DNA of 32,000 bases from Candidatus Hermodarchaeota archaeon (GTDB lineage: Archaea; Asgardarchaeota; Heimdallarchaeia; Hodarchaeales; Hodarchaeaceae): positions 170,458 through 202,457 of the forward strand of contig JBHLKY010000005.1 in assembly GCA_048886185.1 (NCBI GenBank). The letters are read 5' to 3'. Shown here piece after piece: positions 1-9,272 of the stretch. The translations under genes were made by a program, and so were the position numbers. The notes beneath the pieces were generated by a model. It was not told where the DNA came from. It did no database searches and saw only the letters and a list, made by a program, of their open reading frames with translations. The first letter of the stretch is position 1. Every line of letters begins with the position of its first letter.

Positions 1-484
1 CACTCATGAAATGAGTGTTTTGTTACTTCTAGTGACATCCAATTTTCAATCATCTCTTATTTCATCCTTCGATACTACATTAATTGAATTTTCAGGTTGT
101 ATTTAATTACCCAATTTTTGGACATTGAAAAGAGGTGTAAGCGAAGATGGGTTAGGTGGTAAAATGTCAATAAATACAAAAAGAAGGTTAAGATGTCATT
201 TGCATGCAGGGAATATTTACCTGAGAGTAATTAATAAATAAAATGCCCTTTTAAGAAAAGCCTTGTTGATACACCCTCTTCTCTTTGATGTGAAAAGACA
301 GAAGGAGTCACATGGAAGGTTCCCAAACCATTCGTCCTAGCAGATCCGACGCGACTTATGAAAATCGACTAGTTTCTCCACAATTCTGTCTTACGTGGAA
401 TTTTCCTCAATCTCAATATCTAACTTTATATTTATTGGTACCAATGTATTAAAGGGATTTGAGGAATAACAAATTCCAAGTACA

Positions 485-1258
485 TTATTCCCAGATATTA
501 TCTATAAAGTCATTAAATTTCTCTAGATCTCCCTCAAAGGCCAATTCGAGCGCTTCTTTTTCAATTTCGAGATTTTTTTCTAAGTTTCGAATATTAAAGT
601 TATTTAACAATATTTTTATTGGAATTAGGATCGCCTGAGGTTTTGATGCTAAATTTTGACAGAACTCTATGGTTGTTTGTTCAAGGGATTCCAGTGCACA
701 TCGTTTTGAAACAATTCCAATTTGTTCTGCTTTATCTAGAGAGATTTTTTCAGGAATCATTAAGATCGATTTTGCTGCAGAATACCCAATCTTATATAAC
801 ACCATTGTTAAGGCTCCTGTGGCTGGAAATAGATTAAGATCCACCTCAGGGAGTGAGAAAAAAGTCTTTGGGTTTTCCCCTGCTATTACAAAATCCGCAG
901 CTAAACACAAAATTGTCCCCCAGGCCACAGCAGGCCCTTGTACTTGATTGATTACTGGCTTTTTAGCTTTTAAGATACATCGTGTTAGATTATCCCCATA
1001 TTGAAGAAGTTTGGGAATGTCTTCTGGAGTCATCTGTTGTAACATATTTAAATCGAGTCCTCCTGAGAAAGCTTTATCACCAGAGGAACGGATACGAATT
1101 ACATGAACGCTTTGGTCATTATCAGCTTTTTTAATACACTTTATCAACTCGTCAAACTCCTCCATACGTAAGGCATTTCTTTTTTCAGGTCGATTGATTG
1201 TTATTGTAGCAATTTTTTCCTGAACTTTATATAAAACTGATCTATTCTCATTTTTCAT
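485..1258 (-). CDS. Enoyl-CoA hydratase/isomerase (crotonase superfamily)
   Basis: ATITINRPEKRNAL, FSGGLDL (oxyanion loop), KPVINQV.GPAVAWG, LAADFVIA and FSLPEVDL match the crotonase pattern. Confidence 0.92.
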   Translation of the reverse strand: MKNENRSVLYKVQEKIATITINRPEKRNALRMEEFDELIKCIKKADNDQSVHVIRIRSSGDKAFSGGLDLNMLQQMTPEDIPKLLQYGDNLTRCILKAKKPVINQVQGPAVAWGTILCLAADFVIAGENPKTFFSLPEVDLNLFPATGALTMVLYKIGYSAAKSILMIPEKISLDKAEQIGIVSKRCALESLEQTTIEFCQNLASKPQAILIPIKILLNNFNIRNLEKNLEIEKEALELAFEGDLEKFNDFIDNIWE

Positions 1259-1307
1259 ACTGAAACACCATTAATTGTAAAACTTACAGATTCTTATCCT
1301 TTCATTA

Positions 1308-1883
1308 TTATTTAGAGGTAACTCTAAAAATTTGTCTACTACTATGTGTTGGATCATTGGCAAGAGTTTCTTTGTAACATTTACTAGCAAGAGATTCCAA
1401 GATCCCTTTAAATGAATGCACATCATTGGTCTTAATACTATAATATGCTTCGTTTGGTAAATTATCAAGCGTTTCGGGTTCATTGATAATAATTCTTCTT
1501 GAATCATCTATTAGTTCTACAAAAACTACAGGGTTTGTCAAACCAACAGTCCTCCGATAATTTTGGTAAAAGACTTTTGCTGCAACTTCTGAATCATAGT
1601 CTGAAAATAAGATAACGGCAGAAGAGGTCTGATAAAACCTTTTATGTAATTTATCTGTAAAATACTTGCTTACAGGTTGAATTAAAATCATTTTTATTTT
1701 ATTGTTAAGTAGATTCCATCTCAAAGTGAATAAATTTGCAGAAATTACTGAAATGTTTTCAAAAGAAGACTGTTTTGGATATTTTCTTTGCAAAAGGTGA
1801 ATTAATTGAGTGGTTTGACTATCCGGATGACTTAGAACAGAAATCCGTAAAGGAATTTCATCTTCTAGTCCGAAGTCACTCAT
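1308..1883 (-). CDS. Degenerate small GTPase-fold protein (Rab/Ras-like pseudo-GTPase)
   Basis: Segment order and spacing align with Rab GTPases over about 160 aa, but G1, G3, G4 and G5 are all substituted. Start placed at ATG 1883 (MSDFGLED); the ORF track extends to 1958. Confidence 0.6.
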   Translation of the reverse strand: MSDFGLEDEIPLRISVLSHPDSQTTQLIHLLQRKYPKQSSFENISVISANLFTLRWNLLNNKIKMILIQPVSKYFTDKLHKRFYQTSSAVILFSDYDSEVAAKVFYQNYRRTVGLTNPVVFVELIDDSRRIIINEPETLDNLPNEAYYSIKTNDVHSFKGILESLASKCYKETLANDPTHSSRQIFRVTSK

Positions 1884-2264
1884 ATGATTTTCCACACATA
1901 TTTTGTTCCAATGTGAGAACAATATACTCCTCGATTTAAAAAATACATAGGAATTCAAGATCTATTTGTACTAAAAATCATATGTTTTTATAAAAAATGC
2001 ATTTTTGGTTTGTTTTTCTAATTGCTATGCTTTTTGAATTTTGGATTGATAATCATTCTTCAGAGAGTTGATCTTTAATCACTAAGATTCCTTATTTATA
2101 ATATCGAATAATTTAATTTTCACACTCGGAGCTTCTGCTAAATTACCAAGTTAGATTTTTTTCCGTTTTAAGGGTTTTAAAGAGAGTCAATATGCCTTCC
2201 CTCTAAAATATTTTACCAGATGATATAGTTATAAAGAATAATGCCTGTATAGATCAGCGAGAAG

Positions 2265-2870
2265 ATGATAAATGTGGAGAAACAAATAAAATACACTAAA
2301 CAAGATAAAAAAAGTAATATGAAATTGTCAGAAGAAATTGCAGGTACCAATTTGCTTATGAAATTTGTTACATTGACTGTTGGATTTACAATTGCAATGT
2401 TGGGACTAGTTTTAGTTCTCAATAGCCTTCAACAAACAACCGCGGTAGATGTTGCAGCTTATTTCATAATAGGAGTAGTTTTTTTCTCATTAGCAGGTTT
2501 CTTTGTCTGGCGAATGCTTGGGAGGAAATTAAGTTACTCTCAAGAAAGGGTTACTGTAAAAGGACTTTTTGGATCAAATACAATTTATTTAATGGATATC
2601 GCTAGGATAGGAAATATGGCAATTAATCAATCACGAGGAGGAAAACCTATATCTGTTAAATGGGTAGAAGTGATATTGCTTGATGGTAGAAATGTGAGAC
2701 TAGGATTAAATCCGTTTCCTTACGAAGCAGGCATGAAATGTATTTCTATCTTAAGAAAGCACCTTGAACCAGAAGAATCACTACAAAAATTTGCAACTAA
2801 GTGTAAAAAATGTGGCTCCTCTCTACCAAAAGGTGCTACTTTCTGTGCTAAATGTGGTACTTTTTCTTAA
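2265..2870 (+). CDS. Two-TM membrane protein with a soluble beta-rich (PH-like?) domain and C-terminal zinc ribbon
   Basis: Two hydrophobic helices, then ERVTVKGLFGSNTIYLMDIARI, then CKKCG-x8-FCAKCG at the C-terminus. Alternative start ATG 2319. Confidence 0.7.
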   Translation: MINVEKQIKYTKQDKKSNMKLSEEIAGTNLLMKFVTLTVGFTIAMLGLVLVLNSLQQTTAVDVAAYFIIGVVFFSLAGFFVWRMLGRKLSYSQERVTVKGLFGSNTIYLMDIARIGNMAINQSRGGKPISVKWVEVILLDGRNVRLGLNPFPYEAGMKCISILRKHLEPEESLQKFATKCKKCGSSLPKGATFCAKCGTFS

Positions 2871-2878
2871 CAAATTGA

Positions 2879-3286
2879 TTAAACAATTGTACATACTGAA
2901 AGTAAACAAGCAATAGTAGCTATGCTTATCCAAACAATTAAAATGTCAATCTTCCTGAACTTGGAGTAATCTATGAGTCCACTGATTAATATCGCTGATG
3001 CTCCAACTGTGAATAATTGCGGGGCGATTGTGATTGATATAAATGATACAAATAAAAGAAAGATTCCTAAAAAGAACATTTGTGCTACTTTTCTTAAAAC
3101 AATAACATCAGTCACATTATTGGGTAGTTCTCTCCCATGCTGTCTTCTAGGAAGATCATAATTTTTTGTTATTAGATAGAAGAGATTTGTTGAGGCTTCA
3201 AATATTCCAAATATAAATCCAAATAATCCTATCCCTACTACTTGAAAAGTCGAGAGTTCTGGAACAATCATGTCTCTTGTCACCAA
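2879..3286 (-). CDS. Hypothetical membrane protein (about 4 TM)
   Basis: 135-aa ORF with several hydrophobic segments that fills the gap between neighbouring genes. No family recognised. Confidence 0.6.
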   Translation of the reverse strand: MVTRDMIVPELSTFQVVGIGLFGFIFGIFEASTNLFYLITKNYDLPRRQHGRELPNNVTDVIVLRKVAQMFFLGIFLLFVSFISITIAPQLFTVGASAILISGLIDYSKFRKIDILIVWISIATIACLLSVCTIV

Positions 3287-3353
3287 TTTTAAGATAAATC
3301 TGAATTTGACAACCTAGAACTTCTCTGATTTATAATCACCCCAATATTAGTCA

Positions 3354-4274
3354 TTACTCACTAATCATGTTTTTCTGAAAAAAAGAATCTTGCTTTATTT
3401 GAGAAAAATCTTCTGAAATTTGTAAGTAATGATTAGATACTTCAACAATACCATTTTGCCGAAGAACTCTCACGTAATAAGACATTAAGGATTTACTACT
3501 TCCTGTAAGATGAATTAAATCCTTCTGAGAAAATTGGTTTGGAAAAATCTTAATATAGTTTAAAAGATTCTTGATAGTTTGATTTCTAATAATAGAAAAC
3601 CAAACTTTTTCAGTGTCAGAGAAACAGAGACCACTCACAAAAAAATGTTTACTCTTCCCAAATTTGAATGATTCAATCTCACAAGTTTCTTCAGTTTCGA
3701 GATTGTGAATGTGATATTGGAGTACCCCCATCGCGAGATTTGTAGTTCGTTGGATTTCACGAAAGGTGATTCCTGGGTTGTTACTGATCGTTTCCTTGAT
3801 GATTACTCTATTCTTATTTTCGGATAATTTTCTCTTTGTTTCCTGATATTTTTGGGAATCAATGGAGATTGTACAAATAAATAATAGAACTCCACTCGCA
3901 GTTCCCCATAATCCGAAAAGGCCACTGTTCTCAAGAAAACTTGAAGTTATCTGAGAGGTTTGACTTCGAACAAGTGCCTGCCAATAAATTAGAGTGCATG
4001 AAAAGGCATGAACATTAGTTATCTGATCTAAAACGATCTCAAGAGAGATTACTGGGGAAGTACTCACCCCCAGATCTATTCTTTGAATTAAATTTACAAA
4101 ATCCATGTTAATTTTTAAATTAGAATTGATTAATGGATTGTACCCATGGCTTCCTTTCAAATCCTTTTTATGATTCTGAAAAGAGAGGCTTTGAAATGAA
4201 TGCAAAAATAGCATAAATACCAGAATAAGATATAATATTTTTATTAATGAATTTTTTGAGTAAATCACGCTCAC
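3354..4274 (-). CDS. Membrane-anchored winged-helix transcriptional regulator (archaeal double-wHTH type)
   Basis: Hydrophobic N-terminus and a TM (GLFGLWGTASGVLLFICTISI), then ISNNPGITFREIQRTTNLAMGVLQYHIHNLE and a second HTH SQKDLIHLTGSSKSLMSYYVRVLRQNGIV. Exact start uncertain. Confidence 0.75.
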   Translation of the reverse strand: MSVIYSKNSLIKILYLILVFMLFLHSFQSLSFQNHKKDLKGSHGYNPLINSNLKINMDFVNLIQRIDLGVSTSPVISLEIVLDQITNVHAFSCTLIYWQALVRSQTSQITSSFLENSGLFGLWGTASGVLLFICTISIDSQKYQETKRKLSENKNRVIIKETISNNPGITFREIQRTTNLAMGVLQYHIHNLETEETCEIESFKFGKSKHFFVSGLCFSDTEKVWFSIIRNQTIKNLLNYIKIFPNQFSQKDLIHLTGSSKSLMSYYVRVLRQNGIVEVSNHYLQISEDFSQIKQDSFFQKNMISE

Positions 4275-4612
4275 CTATCTGCCATTTCAGAGTATTGTTA
4301 CACAAGTTATATTTTTTTTCCATTTGGTAGTCAAAAAATTGTACTAATGCAAATCCGTTGATTAGACTAACAAAATCCAACGAGTGAAAATTAAAATTTT
4401 ATTCAAACCTAAATACAGAAAATAAGTTAAATGGAAACTCTTCTGAAACTATTATACTCAAATCCTCATCAAAGGGTTATTGAAATCCTTGAAGCATATC
4501 TTTCTCATTTTTCGTGGTCAAATGATTGTACTATTCTTGAAGAAAGGTAATTAAGGTAGAATATTTGTACCACAATTAATAAATCATAATTAGGAAACCA
4601 TATTGTCTGTGA

Positions 4613-5314
4613 ATGATTAAAATGACGTTCCCTCTCGCAGTTGAAGTAACTAATGTAACAAAGTCTTATACGATTGGGAGTACCAAAGTGACAATCTTAG
4701 ACAAAATAGACTTCACATGCCATTTGAATGACTTTATAATAGTTTCAGGCCCTTCGGGTTCAGGAAAATCTACTTTTCTATCCATAATTGGAGGCTTAAC
4801 CCGCGTAGATGAGGGAAGTGTACGAATTTTAAATCATGAACTGAATACAATGAGTGAGGAAGCCCTAGCGGTTTTTCGATCTGTATATGTAGGATTTGTT
4901 TTTCAAACAGGACATTTGATTTCCTCTCTAACAGTATTTGAAAATATCATGTTACCTGTCGAACTTTCTGAACGAAAAGAGTCAGATGAGAAGTATCAGG
5001 AAAGAGCTTGGAAACTCTTGGAAGAATTCAAACTTAACGAGCGAGTTGATTCACTTCCAGCAATGATATCGGGAGGAGAGTATCAAAGAACAGCATTTGT
5101 TCGAGCTCTAATAATGGATCCCGATGTACTTCTTATCGATGAACCCACATCAAATCAAGATTCAGAAACAACAAGGACTATTATTACCAAACTCCAAAGG
5201 TTAAAGGGAGAAAAAAATCTCATAGTTATAACTCATGAAAAACAGCTATTTCCATTAGCTGATCAGATCTATACCCCTCGAGATGGTAAATTGGTTCCTT
5301 ACATTGAGGTTTGA
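4613..5314 (+). CDS. ABC transporter ATP-binding protein, LolD/MacB family
   Basis: Walker A GPSGSGKST, Q-loop GFVFQ, signature ISGGEYQR, Walker B LLIDEPT, H-loop VITHE. Confidence 0.95.
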   Translation: MIKMTFPLAVEVTNVTKSYTIGSTKVTILDKIDFTCHLNDFIIVSGPSGSGKSTFLSIIGGLTRVDEGSVRILNHELNTMSEEALAVFRSVYVGFVFQTGHLISSLTVFENIMLPVELSERKESDEKYQERAWKLLEEFKLNERVDSLPAMISGGEYQRTAFVRALIMDPDVLLIDEPTSNQDSETTRTIITKLQRLKGEKNLIVITHEKQLFPLADQIYTPRDGKLVPYIEV

Positions 5315-5320
5315 AGATAG

Positions 5321-7126
5321 ATGGGTAGTCTTAATCTCGCATTAAAAGACATTTGGAGACAAAAACCTAGATCAGTACTATTCATCACAGTTCAATCTTG
5401 TATAACAGCTTCAGGAATGCTTATGTACGGTTTGGCTGTAGCGATCCAATCACAGGTAAGCCAAACACAAGCCTATTTCAATAATTCGATCATTCAAATT
5501 TTTCATGGCTATCTCAATTTTCTCTTAGCTTTTTCTATAGTGACTGGAATATTAGTAGCTTCAATCCTAAGTTGTCTCTTGACTGTGAGTCGAATGGATG
5601 ATCTAGCAGTAATTCTCGCTTTGGGTGGGACATTCAAACGAATTCAAAGAGTTCCGTTAGCACAAATATTTATGATAACTCTAATAGCAGGTTTGATTGG
5701 GTGGCTCGGGGGTATACTAGGTCTTTTAACCATGGGCTTCTTCCTACAGTTTGAAACTATAAGATTAGAGAGTATTCTTCCACTTGGTTTAACATATGTT
5801 ATTCTTCAAATATTTGGAACGTATTTTGCAGCAGGCTTCATTATTAATCTTTTGATTCGAAAGAGAATGAGAGAAATTATTGATGGGCAATATGATGTAG
5901 TGTCTGTTGATCAAACGAAAATTTGGGGGATTTCTACAAAAGGTAGAATCGGTTTTCGATTAGCATATCTCTTTAATAGAAGATCCAGAATCCTTTCGTG
6001 GATTATGATTGGAGGAACATTTATGCTTATCTTTTTAACGGCATTTGGGGTTCTAGGAGGAAATATTATCATCAATACAACAAACTCATTCATTGAAAGA
6101 GGATATGGAACCAATATTCATGTCGTTTCAAGACCAGAGTTAGAACCACTACTAAAAGAGCTTTTTAATCCAGAGAAAGAACTCCAGCTAGAATTTTCAT
6201 TATTACAATCCAGGTATCCAATTTCAGATTCATTCTTTGATCGGTTACCAGAAAATCTTTCTTATGAAACTAGACTTTTATTACCAGGAATAGTACGAAT
6301 GATTACTCAAATCAGAGCTGAAAATGGGTGGCCAATTGGCAGTGGTAATAAAACAATGGAAACTTACTTTTGGGGAATAAACGGATCTCAATTTTCATTA
6401 TTTGAGTATTATGGCGTCACTTTCGGTCAAGTAATGGGTTCTAATGTGTATATTGGAGATGGAATGATTAGATCATATAATACTGAAGATAAAGTAGGAG
6501 CACTAATTCCTAAAGGTGAGAAAATTACAGATGTAGATCGATTCGAAATAGAGGGGGTAATAATGGATCCTTTTGCTCGTGGTCACTGTGTTTATATGGA
6601 TATAGAAGAATTAACTAGAATAAATGATATTCCAGATGAAAATAATGTCATTTTTATTAATAATCCTAGTATCGAAATAAGAAACCTTATTGAAGAGTTT
6701 TCACTCAAAATTTTTTCATTAGATGATTTTAAAACAATTTATTTTGATTTGAGTAATGAATTTTGGTTTGTTTCATCTATAGCTTTCATCCCGGCAATGA
6801 TTTCTGCTGGATTGTCCCTGGTGGCTTACTCAGGATTAATTACTAGGGTGATTCTCATTAAAGATTTGAGAATCTTACACCTCCTAGGATCAAAACCAAA
6901 AACGTTGCGAAGAATTATTCTATGGGTCAATGTCCTTCTCATACTATATGCAGCTCCCTTAGCTGTTCTCTTTGGATATATATCAGCTCACTCTTTTTTA
7001 ATTGCTGAAGCAAGTCACCCTTCGATTCAAGCTTGGATACTTCTCTGTACTGAATTTCTAGTTATGGTACTGATTATTTATAGGTATATTCAATCATTTT
7101 TCAAAGATTTCTATCGTGAGCTATAA
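5321..7126 (+). CDS. FtsX/MacB-like ABC permease (two permease modules)
   Basis: Starts 6 nt after the ATPase. Two TM clusters with motifs DDLAVILALGG and DLRILHLLGS flank a large soluble domain. Confidence 0.85.
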   Translation: MGSLNLALKDIWRQKPRSVLFITVQSCITASGMLMYGLAVAIQSQVSQTQAYFNNSIIQIFHGYLNFLLAFSIVTGILVASILSCLLTVSRMDDLAVILALGGTFKRIQRVPLAQIFMITLIAGLIGWLGGILGLLTMGFFLQFETIRLESILPLGLTYVILQIFGTYFAAGFIINLLIRKRMREIIDGQYDVVSVDQTKIWGISTKGRIGFRLAYLFNRRSRILSWIMIGGTFMLIFLTAFGVLGGNIIINTTNSFIERGYGTNIHVVSRPELEPLLKELFNPEKELQLEFSLLQSRYPISDSFFDRLPENLSYETRLLLPGIVRMITQIRAENGWPIGSGNKTMETYFWGINGSQFSLFEYYGVTFGQVMGSNVYIGDGMIRSYNTEDKVGALIPKGEKITDVDRFEIEGVIMDPFARGHCVYMDIEELTRINDIPDENNVIFINNPSIEIRNLIEEFSLKIFSLDDFKTIYFDLSNEFWFVSSIAFIPAMISAGLSLVAYSGLITRVILIKDLRILHLLGSKPKTLRRIILWVNVLLILYAAPLAVLFGYISAHSFLIAEASHPSIQAWILLCTEFLVMVLIIYRYIQSFFKDFYREL

Positions 7127-7570
7127 CTTCTTGAATATTTATCCTTAATTTGTCTTTTAAAAACTAATTGGCCTTGTAGCATCTTTTCCAGAGTCTTCAT
7201 TAACTCTAAGATTATTATCACGGTATATAATCCCTGCTATTATCCAAATAGATAGCTCAGTTATAACTCAGTCCGATAATACAATGACTACTCAGTCTAA
7301 TGACTCTATGATAATCCCATCTGGTCGTTCTAATAGTACTCATTCTTAGAAGCTAAAATTTCAGACATGACCATTTTATTTCCCACTTTTGCATTATTAG
7401 TAATCAGAATTGCCTTTAAAAGGAAAAACTGCATTAAAATACAAAGTAAACCTTTCTCGGGCCTCAATAACACAATTTATTTACTAACAGTTATTTCAAG
7501 TTGAGTTAGATTTTTTCGAAGTCTTTAGAATTCGTTCTAAGCTTGTTCTATCTCGAATTATTATCTAGGA

Positions 7571-8350
7571 ATGTGTCAATCATTGGAATTATTATCATGG
7601 AATGTTAATGGAATACGAGCTTGTATTAACAAGGGCTTCACAGAATGGGTGAAAGAACGCCAACCTCAGATATTATGTATTCAAGAAACCAAGGCTCAAG
7701 CAAACCAGATATCTTTTTCATTTGATCTTCCTGAATATCATATTTATTGGAGTTCAGCTAAAAAGAAGGGGTATAGCGGTGTAGCTACTTTTTCTAAAAT
7801 CAAACCGCTTTCTATTTCACAAGAACTTGGAGTAAATGAGTATGATAGTGAGGGTAGATTTATTCAATTGGAGTTCACAGACTTTTTCCTTATCAATTTA
7901 TATTTTCCAAACTCTCAACGAGAGTTAAAGCGACTGGATTTTAAGTTGAAATTTAATCAAATAGTTCTTGATCATATTGAGAAATTAAGAAAGAAGAACA
8001 AGGGTATTGTCTTGTGTGGAGATTTCAATGTCGCCCACAAGGAGATAGATCTCAAGAATCCCAAAACCAATCAAAATAATGCAGGATTCTCTCCTCAAGA
8101 ACGGGCATTTTTCACCGAATTATTGGAAAATGGTTATTTAGACACTTTCCGAGAGTATGATCAATCTTCAGAGCAATATACCTGGTGGACTTATAGGTAC
8201 AATGCGAGAGTGAATAATATTGGATGGAGAATAGATTATTTTGTGATAAATAGAGAATTTAGGAATCGTTTAAAATCAGCCTTCATTCTTAAAGATGTGA
8301 TGGGATCGGATCATGCACCGATTGGAATAACACTGAAGGATTATATTTAA
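7571..8350 (+). CDS. xth: Exodeoxyribonuclease III / AP endonuclease
   Basis: SWNVNGIRA, LCIQETK, GYSGVA, NLYFPN, GDFNVAH, YTWW, WRIDYF, SDHAP. Confidence 0.97.
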   Translation: MCQSLELLSWNVNGIRACINKGFTEWVKERQPQILCIQETKAQANQISFSFDLPEYHIYWSSAKKKGYSGVATFSKIKPLSISQELGVNEYDSEGRFIQLEFTDFFLINLYFPNSQRELKRLDFKLKFNQIVLDHIEKLRKKNKGIVLCGDFNVAHKEIDLKNPKTNQNNAGFSPQERAFFTELLENGYLDTFREYDQSSEQYTWWTYRYNARVNNIGWRIDYFVINREFRNRLKSAFILKDVMGSDHAPIGITLKDYI

Positions 8351-8389
8351 ACCAATACTAAGAAGGGTACTTTTAAAGGAGGATTGAAG

Positions 8390-9202
8390 ATGGAAGAAAA
8401 TTATAATGCAACTAATGATAAAAAATCAACTTATGACCTGTTCAAGGTGATAAATAACCGGAGATCAATACGAAAATTTACAGAAAAACCTATTTCGGAT
8501 AATGTTTTGAATAGAATCCTAGAGTCGGGTATTAAGGCCCCTTTTGCAGCTCAGCTATATAGTATTGTCTATACACGCGACAAAGAAAAGATGAAAAAGC
8601 TAAGAATTGGAGTCTATTCAACTACTCAACTCTTAATGATCTTTTTAGTTGATTTTCGAAAGATTGAGAAGATAATCACTCAAAGGAACTATCAATATGA
8701 TTATGATGATGGTATGCTTCTGTGGTTAGGTATTCAAGATGCATCATTAGTAGCAGAAAATATCATATTAGCTGCAGATGCATTTGGCCTCGGATCTGTG
8801 CTTTTAGGGGGTGCACCTTTACAATCCGATATTATATGTGAAATTTTTAACATTCCCTCTAGAGTTTTTCCCGTTGTAGGTCTGTGTCTGGGATATCCTG
8901 ATTTTACTGCCGAGACAGATGTTAGACCACGTTACCCACTGAAGTATACTGCTTTTGAGAATTCTTATCATGATCTTTCAGAAGATGAAGTATTAGAATG
9001 TATGAAAAGTATGGATGACGGATATATTACCCAAGGTTATTACATTAAACTACAGGCTAAGATTCCATTAAAGAAAGGAAAAGATATAATTGATTATGAT
9101 AAATATTCTTGGTCAGAACATCAAAGTCGGAAATACTCTCAAGGAAGTTGGAAAAAGGAATCATTACTCTCCACCCTTAAAGAACATGGTTTTAAGCTCT
9201 AA
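8390..9202 (+). CDS. Nitroreductase family flavoprotein (NfsA/Frp-like)
   Basis: NRRSIRKF, QDASLVAENIILAADAFGLGSVLLGG, GLCLGYP, RPRYP. ATG 8390 lies 7 nt after GGAGG (8378-8382); the ORF track starts at TTG 8384. Confidence 0.9.
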   Translation: MEENYNATNDKKSTYDLFKVINNRRSIRKFTEKPISDNVLNRILESGIKAPFAAQLYSIVYTRDKEKMKKLRIGVYSTTQLLMIFLVDFRKIEKIITQRNYQYDYDDGMLLWLGIQDASLVAENIILAADAFGLGSVLLGGAPLQSDIICEIFNIPSRVFPVVGLCLGYPDFTAETDVRPRYPLKYTAFENSYHDLSEDEVLECMKSMDDGYITQGYYIKLQAKIPLKKGKDIIDYDKYSWSEHQSRKYSQGSWKKESLLSTLKEHGFKL

Positions 9203-9272
9203 TTGCACTAGCAAAAATAATTTGATATAAAGAACTTAAATGAACTTCAGCTAAATCGATAAATTAGAAACT

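Noticed and set aside
1-53. Possible start of a minus-strand gene (MIENWMSLEVTKHSFHE) running off the left edge
   Set aside because: Only 17 codons are visible, with no motif.
312-452. 46-aa ORF (MEGSQTIRPS...) with AAGGAG upstream
   Set aside because: Short, no recognisable motif, and could arise by chance; other frames of 120-480 also gave nothing identifiable.
1993-2006. Perfect 14-bp palindrome AAAAATGCATTTTT
   Set aside because: Mostly A/T runs, expected by chance at this composition.
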